The notes under the pieces were generated by a model. It saw only the letters and a program-made list of their open reading frames with translations, did no database searches and had not been told where the DNA came from. Position numbers and translations under genes: made by a program. DNA of 64,000 nucleotides from Candidatus Fraserbacteria bacterium (GTDB taxonomy: Bacteria > Bipolaricaulota > Bipolaricaulia > RBG-16-55-9 > DRXL01): assembly GCA_947085185.1 (NCBI GenBank), contig CAMTVK010000006.1:1-64000 (forward strand), given 5' to 3'. This document shows, one piece after another, positions 37,373 to 46,302 of the stretch. Numbering within the stretch: position 1 is the first letter of the stretch; each line of letters opens with the position of its first letter.

Positions 37373-37834
37373 ATGATTTCTCCGTTAGAAGTCGAGATCC
37401 AGAATGAGGCGGAACGTATTGCCCGGGCCCACGGGGTGGAACTCTATTGGCTTGAAGTGCGAGCCTCGGGGCCGCGCTGGCAGGTTGTGATCTATATTGA
37501 CCGAGCCGGAGGAGTGACGATCGACGATTGTGAGCGGGTGAGCCGCGCCCTGGAGGAGCCGTTGGATGCCTTGATTGACCATAGCTACGAGCTAGAAGTC
37601 TCTTCCCCGGGGATAGATCGGCCGCTGCACACCCGCGCTCACTATTACAAAGCCCTGGGCAAGCCCGTAGAGCTGCGCCTGCGACAGCCGTGCCATGGCC
37701 AAAAAGTCCTGCAAGGGAAGCTGCATGGCCTCATAGGAAACACGATCTTTCTCTCAGATGTCCACGGCCAGACGGTGCAGCTCTCTCTCGATGAGGTGCA
37801 ATCGGCCCAGGTGATCGAGAGCCGGTTTCTCTGA
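37373..37834 (+). CDS. rimP: Ribosome maturation factor RimP
   Basis: IDRAGGVTIDDCERVSR, YELEVSSPGIDRPL; upstream of nusA; TATAAT at 37352. Confidence 0.93.
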   Translation: MISPLEVEIQNEAERIARAHGVELYWLEVRASGPRWQVVIYIDRAGGVTIDDCERVSRALEEPLDALIDHSYELEVSSPGIDRPLHTRAHYYKALGKPVELRLRQPCHGQKVLQGKLHGLIGNTIFLSDVHGQTVQLSLDEVQSAQVIESRFL

Positions 37835-37857
37835 GTGCAGGAGCGTGACGATCTCCT

Positions 37858-38832
37858 ATGAATATCGAGTTTCTTGAGGCGTTAGAAGAGATGGCCAAGG
37901 AAGAGGGCATCGAGCGCGAAGACCTCTACGAGGCCGTCAAGAAGGGCCTCAGAGTCGCCTATATCGAAGAATTTGGCCCGGCCACCAATCTCCGGATCGA
38001 GATTGACCGCACCTCAGGGGATATTCACTTAGTTGTGGACGGCGAGGCAAAAGATATTAAGCTCACGGATTTTGGGCGCATCGCCACGCGCAAGGCCGAG
38101 GAGACCATCAAGAACGAGATCATCGCCAAGCGCCGCCAGAAGATATTAGAGCGCTATCAGAGCCGGGTGGGACAGATCATCAGTGGGCATGTCCATCGCT
38201 TTGTCGGGGCTGATGTGTGGATCAATCTTGGGCAAGCCGAGGCGCTCCTGCCCGAATCTGAGAGAATCCCCGGAGAGCGCTATCGTGTGGGCATGGTGCT
38301 CAAAGCGTATCTGATGCGTGTCGAGCGCACTCATGGTGATCCCAAGATCATTGTGTCGCGTGCTGCCAAGGAGTTCGTGCACAAGCTGTTAGAGCTGCAG
38401 GTGCCGGAGATCGAGCAGGGGCTGCTGCGCATCGAGGCGATCGCGCGTGAGCCGGGGGTGCGCACCAAAGTCGCCGTGCGCTCGCTCACGGCGGAGCTGG
38501 ACCCCGTCGGCACGTGCGTTGGTGCTGGGGGCAGCCGCATCAAAGAGATCGTGCGAGAGCTGGGTGGGGAAAAGATTGATATTATTCGGTGGAGTTCGGA
38601 TGTGCGCGAACTCATCAAAAACGGGCTGGAGCCCGCAACCGTGCTCCAGATCGAGCTGGACGAAGCGCACAAAGAGGCTCGTGTGCTCGTCCCCGCTTCG
38701 GAGTTGTCGCTGGCCATCGGCAAGGGTGGCCAGAACGTGCGCCTCACTGCGAAGCTCACCGGCTATAAGATTGACGTCACCAGCCCAGAAGAACCGAAAA
38801 AGAGTGGTGCAGAGCCAGCTTCCCCATCGTGA
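37858..38832 (+). CDS. nusA: Transcription termination/antitermination factor NusA (short form)
   Basis: FGRIA, S1 domain, VPEI, AREPGVRTKVAV, LSLAIGKGGQNVRLTAKLTG KH motifs. Confidence 0.95.
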   Translation: MNIEFLEALEEMAKEEGIEREDLYEAVKKGLRVAYIEEFGPATNLRIEIDRTSGDIHLVVDGEAKDIKLTDFGRIATRKAEETIKNEIIAKRRQKILERYQSRVGQIISGHVHRFVGADVWINLGQAEALLPESERIPGERYRVGMVLKAYLMRVERTHGDPKIIVSRAAKEFVHKLLELQVPEIEQGLLRIEAIAREPGVRTKVAVRSLTAELDPVGTCVGAGGSRIKEIVRELGGEKIDIIRWSSDVRELIKNGLEPATVLQIELDEAHKEARVLVPASELSLAIGKGGQNVRLTAKLTGYKIDVTSPEEPKKSGAEPASPS

Positions 38833-38838
38833 CCGATC

Positions 38839-41670
38839 ATGCGTGCTGCGCTGTTACACGGGATCTATCGGCTGGTACGCCGACGGGCCTGGCTGGTGCT
38901 GCTGAGCGCGGCCCTCCTCAGCAGCGCTGCGCTCTTCTATATTCGCGACCTGCCCATGCGCAGCTCATTCTTAGATATCGTGCCCCCAGGCGATGCGATC
39001 CTCACCAAGTTTCAAGAGCGCGAAGAGATCATCACAAAAAACGACGCTATTGATATTATCTTGTCGCTCCAAGACCCAGAACACTCCCCTCGAGATGCCG
39101 AACGCCTTCGGGTGGCTGCAGAGTATATCGCGCAGCAGCTCGCTCAGATTCCGGAGATCGTCTCGGTCAGCTTCACCAAAGATATTCAGACTCGGCGCGG
39201 CGACGAGCTGCTCTCGCTGCGCGACGAGATCTTTGTGAAGCTGCGGGAGTACCAAGAGCGCCTGCGCGGCGTTCTGCCTGCGTCAGGGGCCACATCCCCA
39301 GCGACGGCCGTGCCGGGGGTGCAAGATCTCATCCGTCTCTATGCCCAGATCAACACGGAGCTGGAGCGCATCTTCGGCGCGGAGCTGGACTGGCGACGCC
39401 TCGCCCTCAACCCCCTGGAGCTGGTCAAACGCTTCGAAGAACTCAAAAGACTCAACCAAAGCGTCAAAGAAGAGTTCGATCGCGTCCCAGGGGTCATCCA
39501 GAATGCCGATCACTTGGTGGCCGACTTGCTCCAAACCGTGAACGAAATCCATGAGACGATCACGAAGCTCTTGACCTGGCCGCAAGAGCTCTATCTCTCT
39601 CAAGACGGGACGCGCTTGCTCCTCAAGGCGCGCCCGCGCTCCAGCTCCCAGCGCAGCTTAGAGTACAACCGCGCCGTCACTCGCGCCGTGCAGGAGACCC
39701 TGCAATCGCTGAAGCTCGACGCCCAGGGGATCAGCTGGGGCCTCACCGGCCCCTACGTGATCGCCGCGGAGACCAACCATCAGTTGAACGTGGACATGCG
39801 CAACACTACTCTTATTTCGGCGATCGGCGTCATGGTCGTCATCATCGTCACGCTGCGGCAGTTTTTCTATTCCATCTTAGCGTTGATTGTGCTCTTCCTT
39901 GCGCTCATCGCCACGCTCGCTTGGGCGAAGTTCGTCACCAATGGGCTGAACTTGGTGACGTCATTTCTCCCCCCGCTGATCTTGGGGCTGGGGATAGACT
40001 ACGGGATCAATTTTATCGCGCATTTTCTTCATGAGCGTCGCTGCGGGCGTCGGTTCGAAGCGGCTATCCAATCTGCGATCGTGCACAAGGGCAGCGCGCT
40101 GATCACAGCGTCGTTGGCGACGGCGTGCGTGCTCTTCGGGCTGATGATCTCCAGCTCTCCGGGGCTGTACGAGATGGGGATCATCGCTGGGGTTGGGGTT
40201 CTGTTAGCTCTGTCTGCCACGTTGCTCATCCTGCCCGCGTTGATGATCGTCTCGCACATTATGCTGCGGCGGCGTGTGCGGGCGCGCGCTCAAGGGGCGC
40301 CGTCGCCTCCCCAGCGCCCTTCAGAATCTGAACATTTCTGGCGCTTGGCCCGTTGGCCCATCGTGTTCGTGACTCTTGGGGGCAGTCTCTTTATGTTCAC
40401 CCAAGCTGTGCACGTGGGGTTTCGCTTCGCCGATGAGGAGCTGACCCCGAAAGACTTGCCGTCAAGACTCGTGCAGCAGATCGCGCGGCGCGACTTCGAT
40501 ATGGGGACTTCGGGCTTGGCTGAGTATTTCTTGTTCTTCGTGCCAAACTTGGAAGAGCTGCGCCGGGTCAACGACGGTCTCGCGAAGCTGAAGGCGCAAG
40601 GGTACATTAATGCTGTGGCTTCTCTTGTGATGTTTCTGCCCTCTGATCCTCAAGAAGCTGAGCAGTTCTTTCAGGGGGTTTCGCTCAGCTTAGAGCAAGA
40701 CCTGCAGCGCGCGCGTTCTGAGATTGAGCGCCAAGGCCAAGAACTGCAGCGCCTCCAAGACCTGACGGCCCAGATCGCTCGGCTCAAGAGCAACTTCACG
40801 CGCATCCTTGACTTAGTAGCCCTCACGGGCACAGGGGAGAACATCGCTCCGGACATCCAAGCGCAGATCGCCCAGCTTGAGGGGATCGAAGCGAGCATCC
40901 AAGGGTTGGAAGCGACCAGCCAACGCTTGGGAGAGTTGCGCGATCGTCTCACCAAGCTGAACGAACGAGTGAGCGCGCTGCTCCAGAAGATCGCAGAGCT
41001 CCAGCAAGTCCAAGGGGTGCTCCAAGCTTTACCCAAAGATCTTCAAGAGCGCTTCGTCACAGCAGAGCGCGAGTTCGTGCTCTACGCCCACCTGAAGCGC
41101 ACCACGATCAATGATCCCAAAATATACAGTGAGTTTATCAATGCTGTACGGACGTTCAACGCCGATTTTCTCGGCTACTCCATGATCCAAGATCGCTTGG
41201 AGCGCTCGATGAAGCGTGACTTTCAAATCTCGACAGTGCTCGCTACTGCGATCATCCTTGGTATTCTCGGTGTGGGGTTGGGATGGCGTTGGGCGCTCGT
41301 GGGGGTTGTCCCGGTGGGATTGGGGTTCTTATGGATGCTGGGGATGATGCGGCTGTCCGGGCTCAACTTTAATTTCGCGAATATCATCATCTCGTCGTTG
41401 CTCATCGGCAACGGCGTTGATTACGCAGTCTATCTCTTGCACAGTTTCTTAGCGGACCGGCAGGTGGGGAGTGCTTGGAGAAAGACGGCAGCGCCCATTG
41501 TAGGCTCGGCGCTGACGACCATGGTCAGCTTCGGCAGTCTGCTCTTTGCGGCGACGCCAGGGCTGAGAGTTTTCGGACTGTCGGCGCTGTACGGCATCGG
41601 CTTTACTACATTGTTCACGCTCTTCTTTCTCCCCGCTGTGCTCTCTTTTTCTTGGCAAAGAGCGGATTGA
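38839..41670 (+). CDS. MMPL/RND-family transporter with long coiled-coil extracytoplasmic loops
   Basis: Two TM repeats with GLGIDYGI and GNGVDYAV; GLTGP; SALTTMVSFGSL. Confidence 0.85.
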   Translation: MRAALLHGIYRLVRRRAWLVLLSAALLSSAALFYIRDLPMRSSFLDIVPPGDAILTKFQEREEIITKNDAIDIILSLQDPEHSPRDAERLRVAAEYIAQQLAQIPEIVSVSFTKDIQTRRGDELLSLRDEIFVKLREYQERLRGVLPASGATSPATAVPGVQDLIRLYAQINTELERIFGAELDWRRLALNPLELVKRFEELKRLNQSVKEEFDRVPGVIQNADHLVADLLQTVNEIHETITKLLTWPQELYLSQDGTRLLLKARPRSSSQRSLEYNRAVTRAVQETLQSLKLDAQGISWGLTGPYVIAAETNHQLNVDMRNTTLISAIGVMVVIIVTLRQFFYSILALIVLFLALIATLAWAKFVTNGLNLVTSFLPPLILGLGIDYGINFIAHFLHERRCGRRFEAAIQSAIVHKGSALITASLATACVLFGLMISSSPGLYEMGIIAGVGVLLALSATLLILPALMIVSHIMLRRRVRARAQGAPSPPQRPSESEHFWRLARWPIVFVTLGGSLFMFTQAVHVGFRFADEELTPKDLPSRLVQQIARRDFDMGTSGLAEYFLFFVPNLEELRRVNDGLAKLKAQGYINAVASLVMFLPSDPQEAEQFFQGVSLSLEQDLQRARSEIERQGQELQRLQDLTAQIARLKSNFTRILDLVALTGTGENIAPDIQAQIAQLEGIEASIQGLEATSQRLGELRDRLTKLNERVSALLQKIAELQQVQGVLQALPKDLQERFVTAEREFVLYAHLKRTTINDPKIYSEFINAVRTFNADFLGYSMIQDRLERSMKRDFQISTVLATAIILGILGVGLGWRWALVGVVPVGLGFLWMLGMMRLSGLNFNFANIIISSLLIGNGVDYAVYLLHSFLADRQVGSAWRKTAAPIVGSALTTMVSFGSLLFAATPGLRVFGLSALYGIGFTTLFTLFFLPAVLSFSWQRAD

Positions 41671-41700
41671 TTGCCCTGGCGTTCCCAGCTATAATAATAT

Positions 41701-41891
41701 GTGCTCTCGCGCGTGTCTGTGCTCTTCTCTTACGTATGGCAGGAGAGCAAGGCTGCGAGCGGGCGGAAGTGCCATGTGCATAGTGCGCATCTGGAGCTGC
41801 AAGCGTGTGGGAGGTCGGACGGGAGAGCTCTGGCTCGTCGTGCTCCTCGCGCTGTCTTTCTATTTCTACGGTGTGAAGAGGTGGCTCGCGT
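41701..41891 (+). other. Structured 5' region of rny: candidate ncRNA/leader or 64-aa upstream ORF
   Basis: TATAAT at 41690; extensive end-to-end complementarity; ORF 41701-41895 overlaps the rny start (ATGA). Confidence 0.35.
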
Positions 41892-43439
41892 ATGACGATG
41901 GTGTTCGTGCTCGTGATAGGATTGACGCTGGGGTTGGGGATAATTGTGGGATGGCTGGTAGGGCGCTGGCAGGTGCAGCGCGAGTGGGCGCGCACGCACC
42001 AGCGCGCGGAAGAGCTTGTCGAAGCGGCGCAACGCGAGGCCGAAGCCCTCAAGGCGGCCAAGCTTGCCGAGGCCGAGAAGGCGCTCAAGGCCCGTGAGGA
42101 GGAGCTGGAACGGCGCATCAAGCGCCAAGAGGAGAAGCTCGAACGGCTGGAAGCGCGCCTGCTCAAAAAAGAAGAGCGCTTGGAACAGAAGGGCGTGGAG
42201 CTGGTGCGCGCGGAGAAATCGCTCAAGGACGACTTGCAACGATTGGCAGAACTGATCACGCAAGGGGAGGCCCTGCTGGCCGGCGAGCGCAAGCGCTTAG
42301 AAGAGCTCTCCGGGATGAGTGCCGAGCACGTGAAAGAGCTGCTCGTGCAGCAGGTCGAGGAGGAAGCAGAGCAGTTCTTCGCCAAGCGCATCCGTCAAGT
42401 GAAGGAGCGTATGGAAGCGGAGGCCGAACGCGAGGCGCGCAAGATCATCGCGACGGTCATCCAACGCTATGCTGCCGATGAGGTCGAGTCCACGACGATG
42501 AGCCATGTCCCCTTGCCCAACGAGGAGTACAAAGGGCGTGTGATCGGCAAGGAAGGGAGGAATATCCGGGCGTTCGAGGCTCTCACGGGGGTCGAGGTCT
42601 TGGTGGATGATACCCCAGATGCGATCTCGCTCAGTTGCTTCCATCCGGTGCGTCGCGAGACGGCACGTCTGGCTATGGAAAAGCTCTTAGAAGACGGGCG
42701 GATTCACCCGGCTCAGATCAAAAAGCAGGTGGATAAAGCCAAGGAGCGCATCGCTCAGCGCATCAAAGAAGAGGGGCAGAAGGCGCTCTTTGAGATCGGT
42801 TTGGACGGGATGCACCCAGCGTTGGTCGAGCTGGTAGGGCGGTTGAGCTTCCGTACCAGCTATGGGCAGAACCAGCTGCGGCATAGTCTAGAGGTCGCGT
42901 ATCTTGCGGGGGCTTTGGCTGCTGAATTGGGGTTGGATGCGACTATGCAGAAGCTCGCCAAGCGCGCGGGGCTCCTGCACGATATCGGAAAAGTCGTCGA
43001 TCATAAAGTAGAAGGCGCACACGCGCTGATCAGCGCGGAGATGGCGCGGCGCTACGGGGAACCCGAGGAGGTCGTCCATGCTATCGCAGCCCACAACGAA
43101 GACGTCGAGGCACGCACGATCTTAGCTGTGATCTTGCAAACGGCCGATGCGCTGTCGGCGGCCCGCCCCGGCGCTCGCCAAGAGACGTTTGAAGCGTACG
43201 TGCAGCGGCTCCAAGCGCTCGAAGAGATCTGTCATAGCTTCCCCGGTGTTGAGGAGGCCTATGCGATCCAAGCGGGCCGCGAAGTGCGCGTCATGGTCCG
43301 GCCTGAGGAGATCGATGACGACATGGCGGCCAAGCTCGCGTACGATATCGCCCGCTGTATCGAAGAGAAGATGCAATACCCCGGTGAGATCAAGGTCCAC
43401 GTGATTCGGGAGACGAAGTTTGTCGAGACTGCAAAGTAG
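41892..43439 (+). CDS. rny: Ribonuclease Y
   Basis: N-terminal TM, coiled coil, KH (KGRVIGKEGRNIR), HD (LLHDIGK), AIQAGREVRV. Confidence 0.96.
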   Translation: MTMVFVLVIGLTLGLGIIVGWLVGRWQVQREWARTHQRAEELVEAAQREAEALKAAKLAEAEKALKAREEELERRIKRQEEKLERLEARLLKKEERLEQKGVELVRAEKSLKDDLQRLAELITQGEALLAGERKRLEELSGMSAEHVKELLVQQVEEEAEQFFAKRIRQVKERMEAEAEREARKIIATVIQRYAADEVESTTMSHVPLPNEEYKGRVIGKEGRNIRAFEALTGVEVLVDDTPDAISLSCFHPVRRETARLAMEKLLEDGRIHPAQIKKQVDKAKERIAQRIKEEGQKALFEIGLDGMHPALVELVGRLSFRTSYGQNQLRHSLEVAYLAGALAAELGLDATMQKLAKRAGLLHDIGKVVDHKVEGAHALISAEMARRYGEPEEVVHAIAAHNEDVEARTILAVILQTADALSAARPGARQETFEAYVQRLQALEEICHSFPGVEEAYAIQAGREVRVMVRPEEIDDDMAAKLAYDIARCIEEKMQYPGEIKVHVIRETKFVETAK

Positions 43440-43441
43440 AT

Positions 43442-43717
43442 ATGGCCAAGGCACGAGCGATCGTTCGCATCACAGGGGACGTGCAGGGTGTAGGGTTTCG
43501 GAATTTTACGGTGCGCAAGGCGCGGCCGCTGGGGCTCTCCGGGTATGTGCAGAATCTCCGGGACGGCAGTGTGCGCGCGGAGATCGAAGGCGAGCGCGAC
43601 GCTATCGAAAAGCTCTTAGAGATTCTCAAGGCCGAAGGCCCAGGGCAGATCGAGCACATCGAGGTGATCTGGTCGGACTATCTCGATGAGTTCACCGGGT
43701 TTGGGATTCAGCTTTAG
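43442..43717 (+). CDS. acyP: Acylphosphatase
   Basis: GDVQGVGFR, GYVQNLRDGSV. Confidence 0.93.
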   Translation: MAKARAIVRITGDVQGVGFRNFTVRKARPLGLSGYVQNLRDGSVRAEIEGERDAIEKLLEILKAEGPGQIEHIEVIWSDYLDEFTGFGIQL

Positions 43718-46266
43718 GTCCCTGTCTTCATGCAGCAGTGTTTATATTTCTTCCCTGAGCCGCAGGGGCACGGGTCATTGCGTCCGACTTTGTGCGGGGC
43801 GCGGCGCGGCTGGGCCTTGGGCTTCTCTGGCTGGGAGTTTCCCGCGATCGCTGTGATCTCATCGTGGCGATAGCTCACGGACTCGATCCGTGCCGGCTGT
43901 CCCGGCTGCGCCGCGACGATCTTCAGCTGGGGCTTGATGAGATAGCTCACGATCTGTTCTTCGATCCGCCCGAGCAATTCTTGGAAGAGCTGGAACGACT
44001 CGCGCTTGAATTCTAGCAACGGGTCGCGCCCCGCATACGCGCGCCAGCCGATCACATCTTGGAGTTCATCAAGGGCGAACAGATGCTGCCGCCAGTTCTC
44101 GTCAATGAGATGTAAGATCATATAGCGGGCCAGGTGGGGGAAGGCCCCGCCGAGTCGTGCCGCCTGTGCGTGATAGTTTTTCAGCAAAAAGTCCAGAATC
44201 TTCGTGCGGGCCTCATCGGGCGAGAGCCCCGCGACTGTGAAGTCTAACGGGGCGTTCTGGAAGCCCGCAAGCTCTTTGTGGAGGCTCTCATCGTCGCGCT
44301 CCGCCCCAGAGAGATAGCGCGCGATCAGGGTCTCTGCGTAGCTTTCGATCAGGCCGGTGAGATAGTCGTCTAAGGCGCTCTCTTGTGGTGCGCTTCCCAG
44401 CAGAAACCGTTCGCGCAGACTATAGATGGCTTCGCGCTGGCGCGCCATCACCTGATCGTATTCGATGAGTCTTTTTCTGATGCCAAAGTAGTGAATCTCC
44501 ACGCGCTTTTGCGCGTTACGGATCGCTTTGGTCAGCATGGGGTGTTCGAGGGCTTCGCCCTCGATCATGCTCTTCTTCACAAACGAGAGCAATTTGCTGT
44601 CGCCGAAGAGTCTAATTAAGTCATCTTCGAGGGAGACGTAGAACTGGGAGCTGCCGGGGTCGCCTTGGCGGCCGGCGCGCCCGCGCAGTTGATCGTCAAT
44701 TCTGCGGCTCTCGTGGCGCTGCGCCCCGATGATATGCAGTCCGCCCAGCTCCACTACCCCTGCGCCGAGCTTAATATCTACCCCGCGTCCGGCCATGTTG
44801 GTCGCTACGGTGATCGCGCCCTTCTGGCCTGCGTCTTTGATAATCTCTGCTTCGCGCTCATGGTGTTTGGCATTGAGCACGTTGTGGGGCAGCCCACGGC
44901 GAAAAAGCAGTGTGCTCAAATACTCAGATTTTTCTATGGAAGTGGTGCCGATGAGCACCGGGCGCCCCAGCTCGTGCAAGCGATAGGTCTCTTCGACAAT
45001 AGCATTGAACTTCGCTTTCTCAGTCGTAAAGAGCTTATCGGGCAGGTCCTGACGGATCATGGGCTTATGGGTGGGGATAACGACCACAGAGAGCCCGTAG
45101 ATCTGCTGAAATTCTTCTTCTTCGGTCTTCGCTGTGCCGGTCATGCCCGCTAATTTCTTATAGAGCTTAAAATAGTGTTGCAGGGTGATGGTCGCGAGAG
45201 TCTGCTGCTCTTTGCGGATCTCCAACCCTTCTTTGGCTTCGATCGCTTGGTGGAGCCCGTCGCTCCAGCGGCGGTCGGGCATCAAGCGCCCCGTAAATTC
45301 ATCAACGATGATGACGCGCCCGTCCTTGACGATATAGTCGCGCTCTCTCTTATAGAGATGGAGTGCGCGCAGGGCTGTCTCCAAGTGTTTTAACAGATCG
45401 ACGTGCTCTGGGGCGTAGAGATTGTCGACTTTTAAGATCTCTTCGGCCTTCTTGACGCCGACCTCGGGGGTGAGGTGCACCCGTCGGGCTTTCTCGTCTA
45501 TTTCGAAGTCGACGCCCTTCTGAAAGCGTGGGGCGATCGCCGCGAACTTCTTATAGAGCTTAATAGTCTCTGACGTGCTGCCAGAGATAATCAAGGGCGT
45601 GCGGGCTTCGTCAATTAAGATGTTGTCTATCTCGTCTATGATGGCGAAATCGAGCCCCGTCTGGACTCGTTGCTCCCGCGAGATCACTAAATTATCTCGA
45701 AGATAGTCAAAGCCAAATTGGGTATTTGTCCCGTAGATAATATCGCACTGATAGGCGTGCTTCCGCTCTTCGGGGGAGCTTGTCTCTTGGAGGAGTCCGA
45801 CTTTCAGCCCGAGGGCTTCATAGATTGGGCCCATCCAATGGCGATCGCGCTTGGCCAAGTAATCGTTGACCGTGACGATGTGCACTTTCCCAGCGAGCGC
45901 ATTGAGATAGGCGGGCATGGTGGCGACGAGCGTCTTGCCCTCGCCGGTCTTCATCTCGGCGATCTTGCTCTTATGAATGACGATGCCACCGATGAGCTGG
46001 ACATCGAAGGGGCGCAGCCCGATCGTACGTCGGGCGGTCTCGCGCACCACCGCGAACGCCTCGGGCAAGAGATCGTCGAGGGTCTCGCCCTGGGCGAGTC
46101 TATCTTTAAACTCGTCGGTCTTGGCCCGCAATTGATCGTCGGAGAGCTTTTGTATTTCTGGCTCGAGTCTGTTAATCTCATCGACGATGGGCTGGAGCCT
46201 TCTGAGTCGCTGTTCGTTGGTCTCGCCGAAGATCCAGTCTACGGCGCGCTTGAGAAAGTCTGCCAT
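43714..46266 (-). CDS. secA: Preprotein translocase ATPase SecA
   Basis: MKTGEGKT, DEIDNILIDEARTPLIISG, TNMAGRG, QLRGRAGRQGDPG, C-terminal GRNDPCPCGSGKKYKHCC. Confidence 0.98.
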   Translation of the reverse strand: MADFLKRAVDWIFGETNEQRLRRLQPIVDEINRLEPEIQKLSDDQLRAKTDEFKDRLAQGETLDDLLPEAFAVVRETARRTIGLRPFDVQLIGGIVIHKSKIAEMKTGEGKTLVATMPAYLNALAGKVHIVTVNDYLAKRDRHWMGPIYEALGLKVGLLQETSSPEERKHAYQCDIIYGTNTQFGFDYLRDNLVISREQRVQTGLDFAIIDEIDNILIDEARTPLIISGSTSETIKLYKKFAAIAPRFQKGVDFEIDEKARRVHLTPEVGVKKAEEILKVDNLYAPEHVDLLKHLETALRALHLYKRERDYIVKDGRVIIVDEFTGRLMPDRRWSDGLHQAIEAKEGLEIRKEQQTLATITLQHYFKLYKKLAGMTGTAKTEEEEFQQIYGLSVVVIPTHKPMIRQDLPDKLFTTEKAKFNAIVEETYRLHELGRPVLIGTTSIEKSEYLSTLLFRRGLPHNVLNAKHHEREAEIIKDAGQKGAITVATNMAGRGVDIKLGAGVVELGGLHIIGAQRHESRRIDDQLRGRAGRQGDPGSSQFYVSLEDDLIRLFGDSKLLSFVKKSMIEGEALEHPMLTKAIRNAQKRVEIHYFGIRKRLIEYDQVMARQREAIYSLRERFLLGSAPQESALDDYLTGLIESYAETLIARYLSGAERDDESLHKELAGFQNAPLDFTVAGLSPDEARTKILDFLLKNYHAQAARLGGAFPHLARYMILHLIDENWRQHLFALDELQDVIGWRAYAGRDPLLEFKRESFQLFQELLGRIEEQIVSYLIKPQLKIVAAQPGQPARIESVSYRHDEITAIAGNSQPEKPKAQPRRAPHKVGRNDPCPCGSGKKYKHCCMKTGT

Positions 46267-46302
46267 CGGTGACACCTCTCCGTGATGGACACTCTATTGT
46301 AC

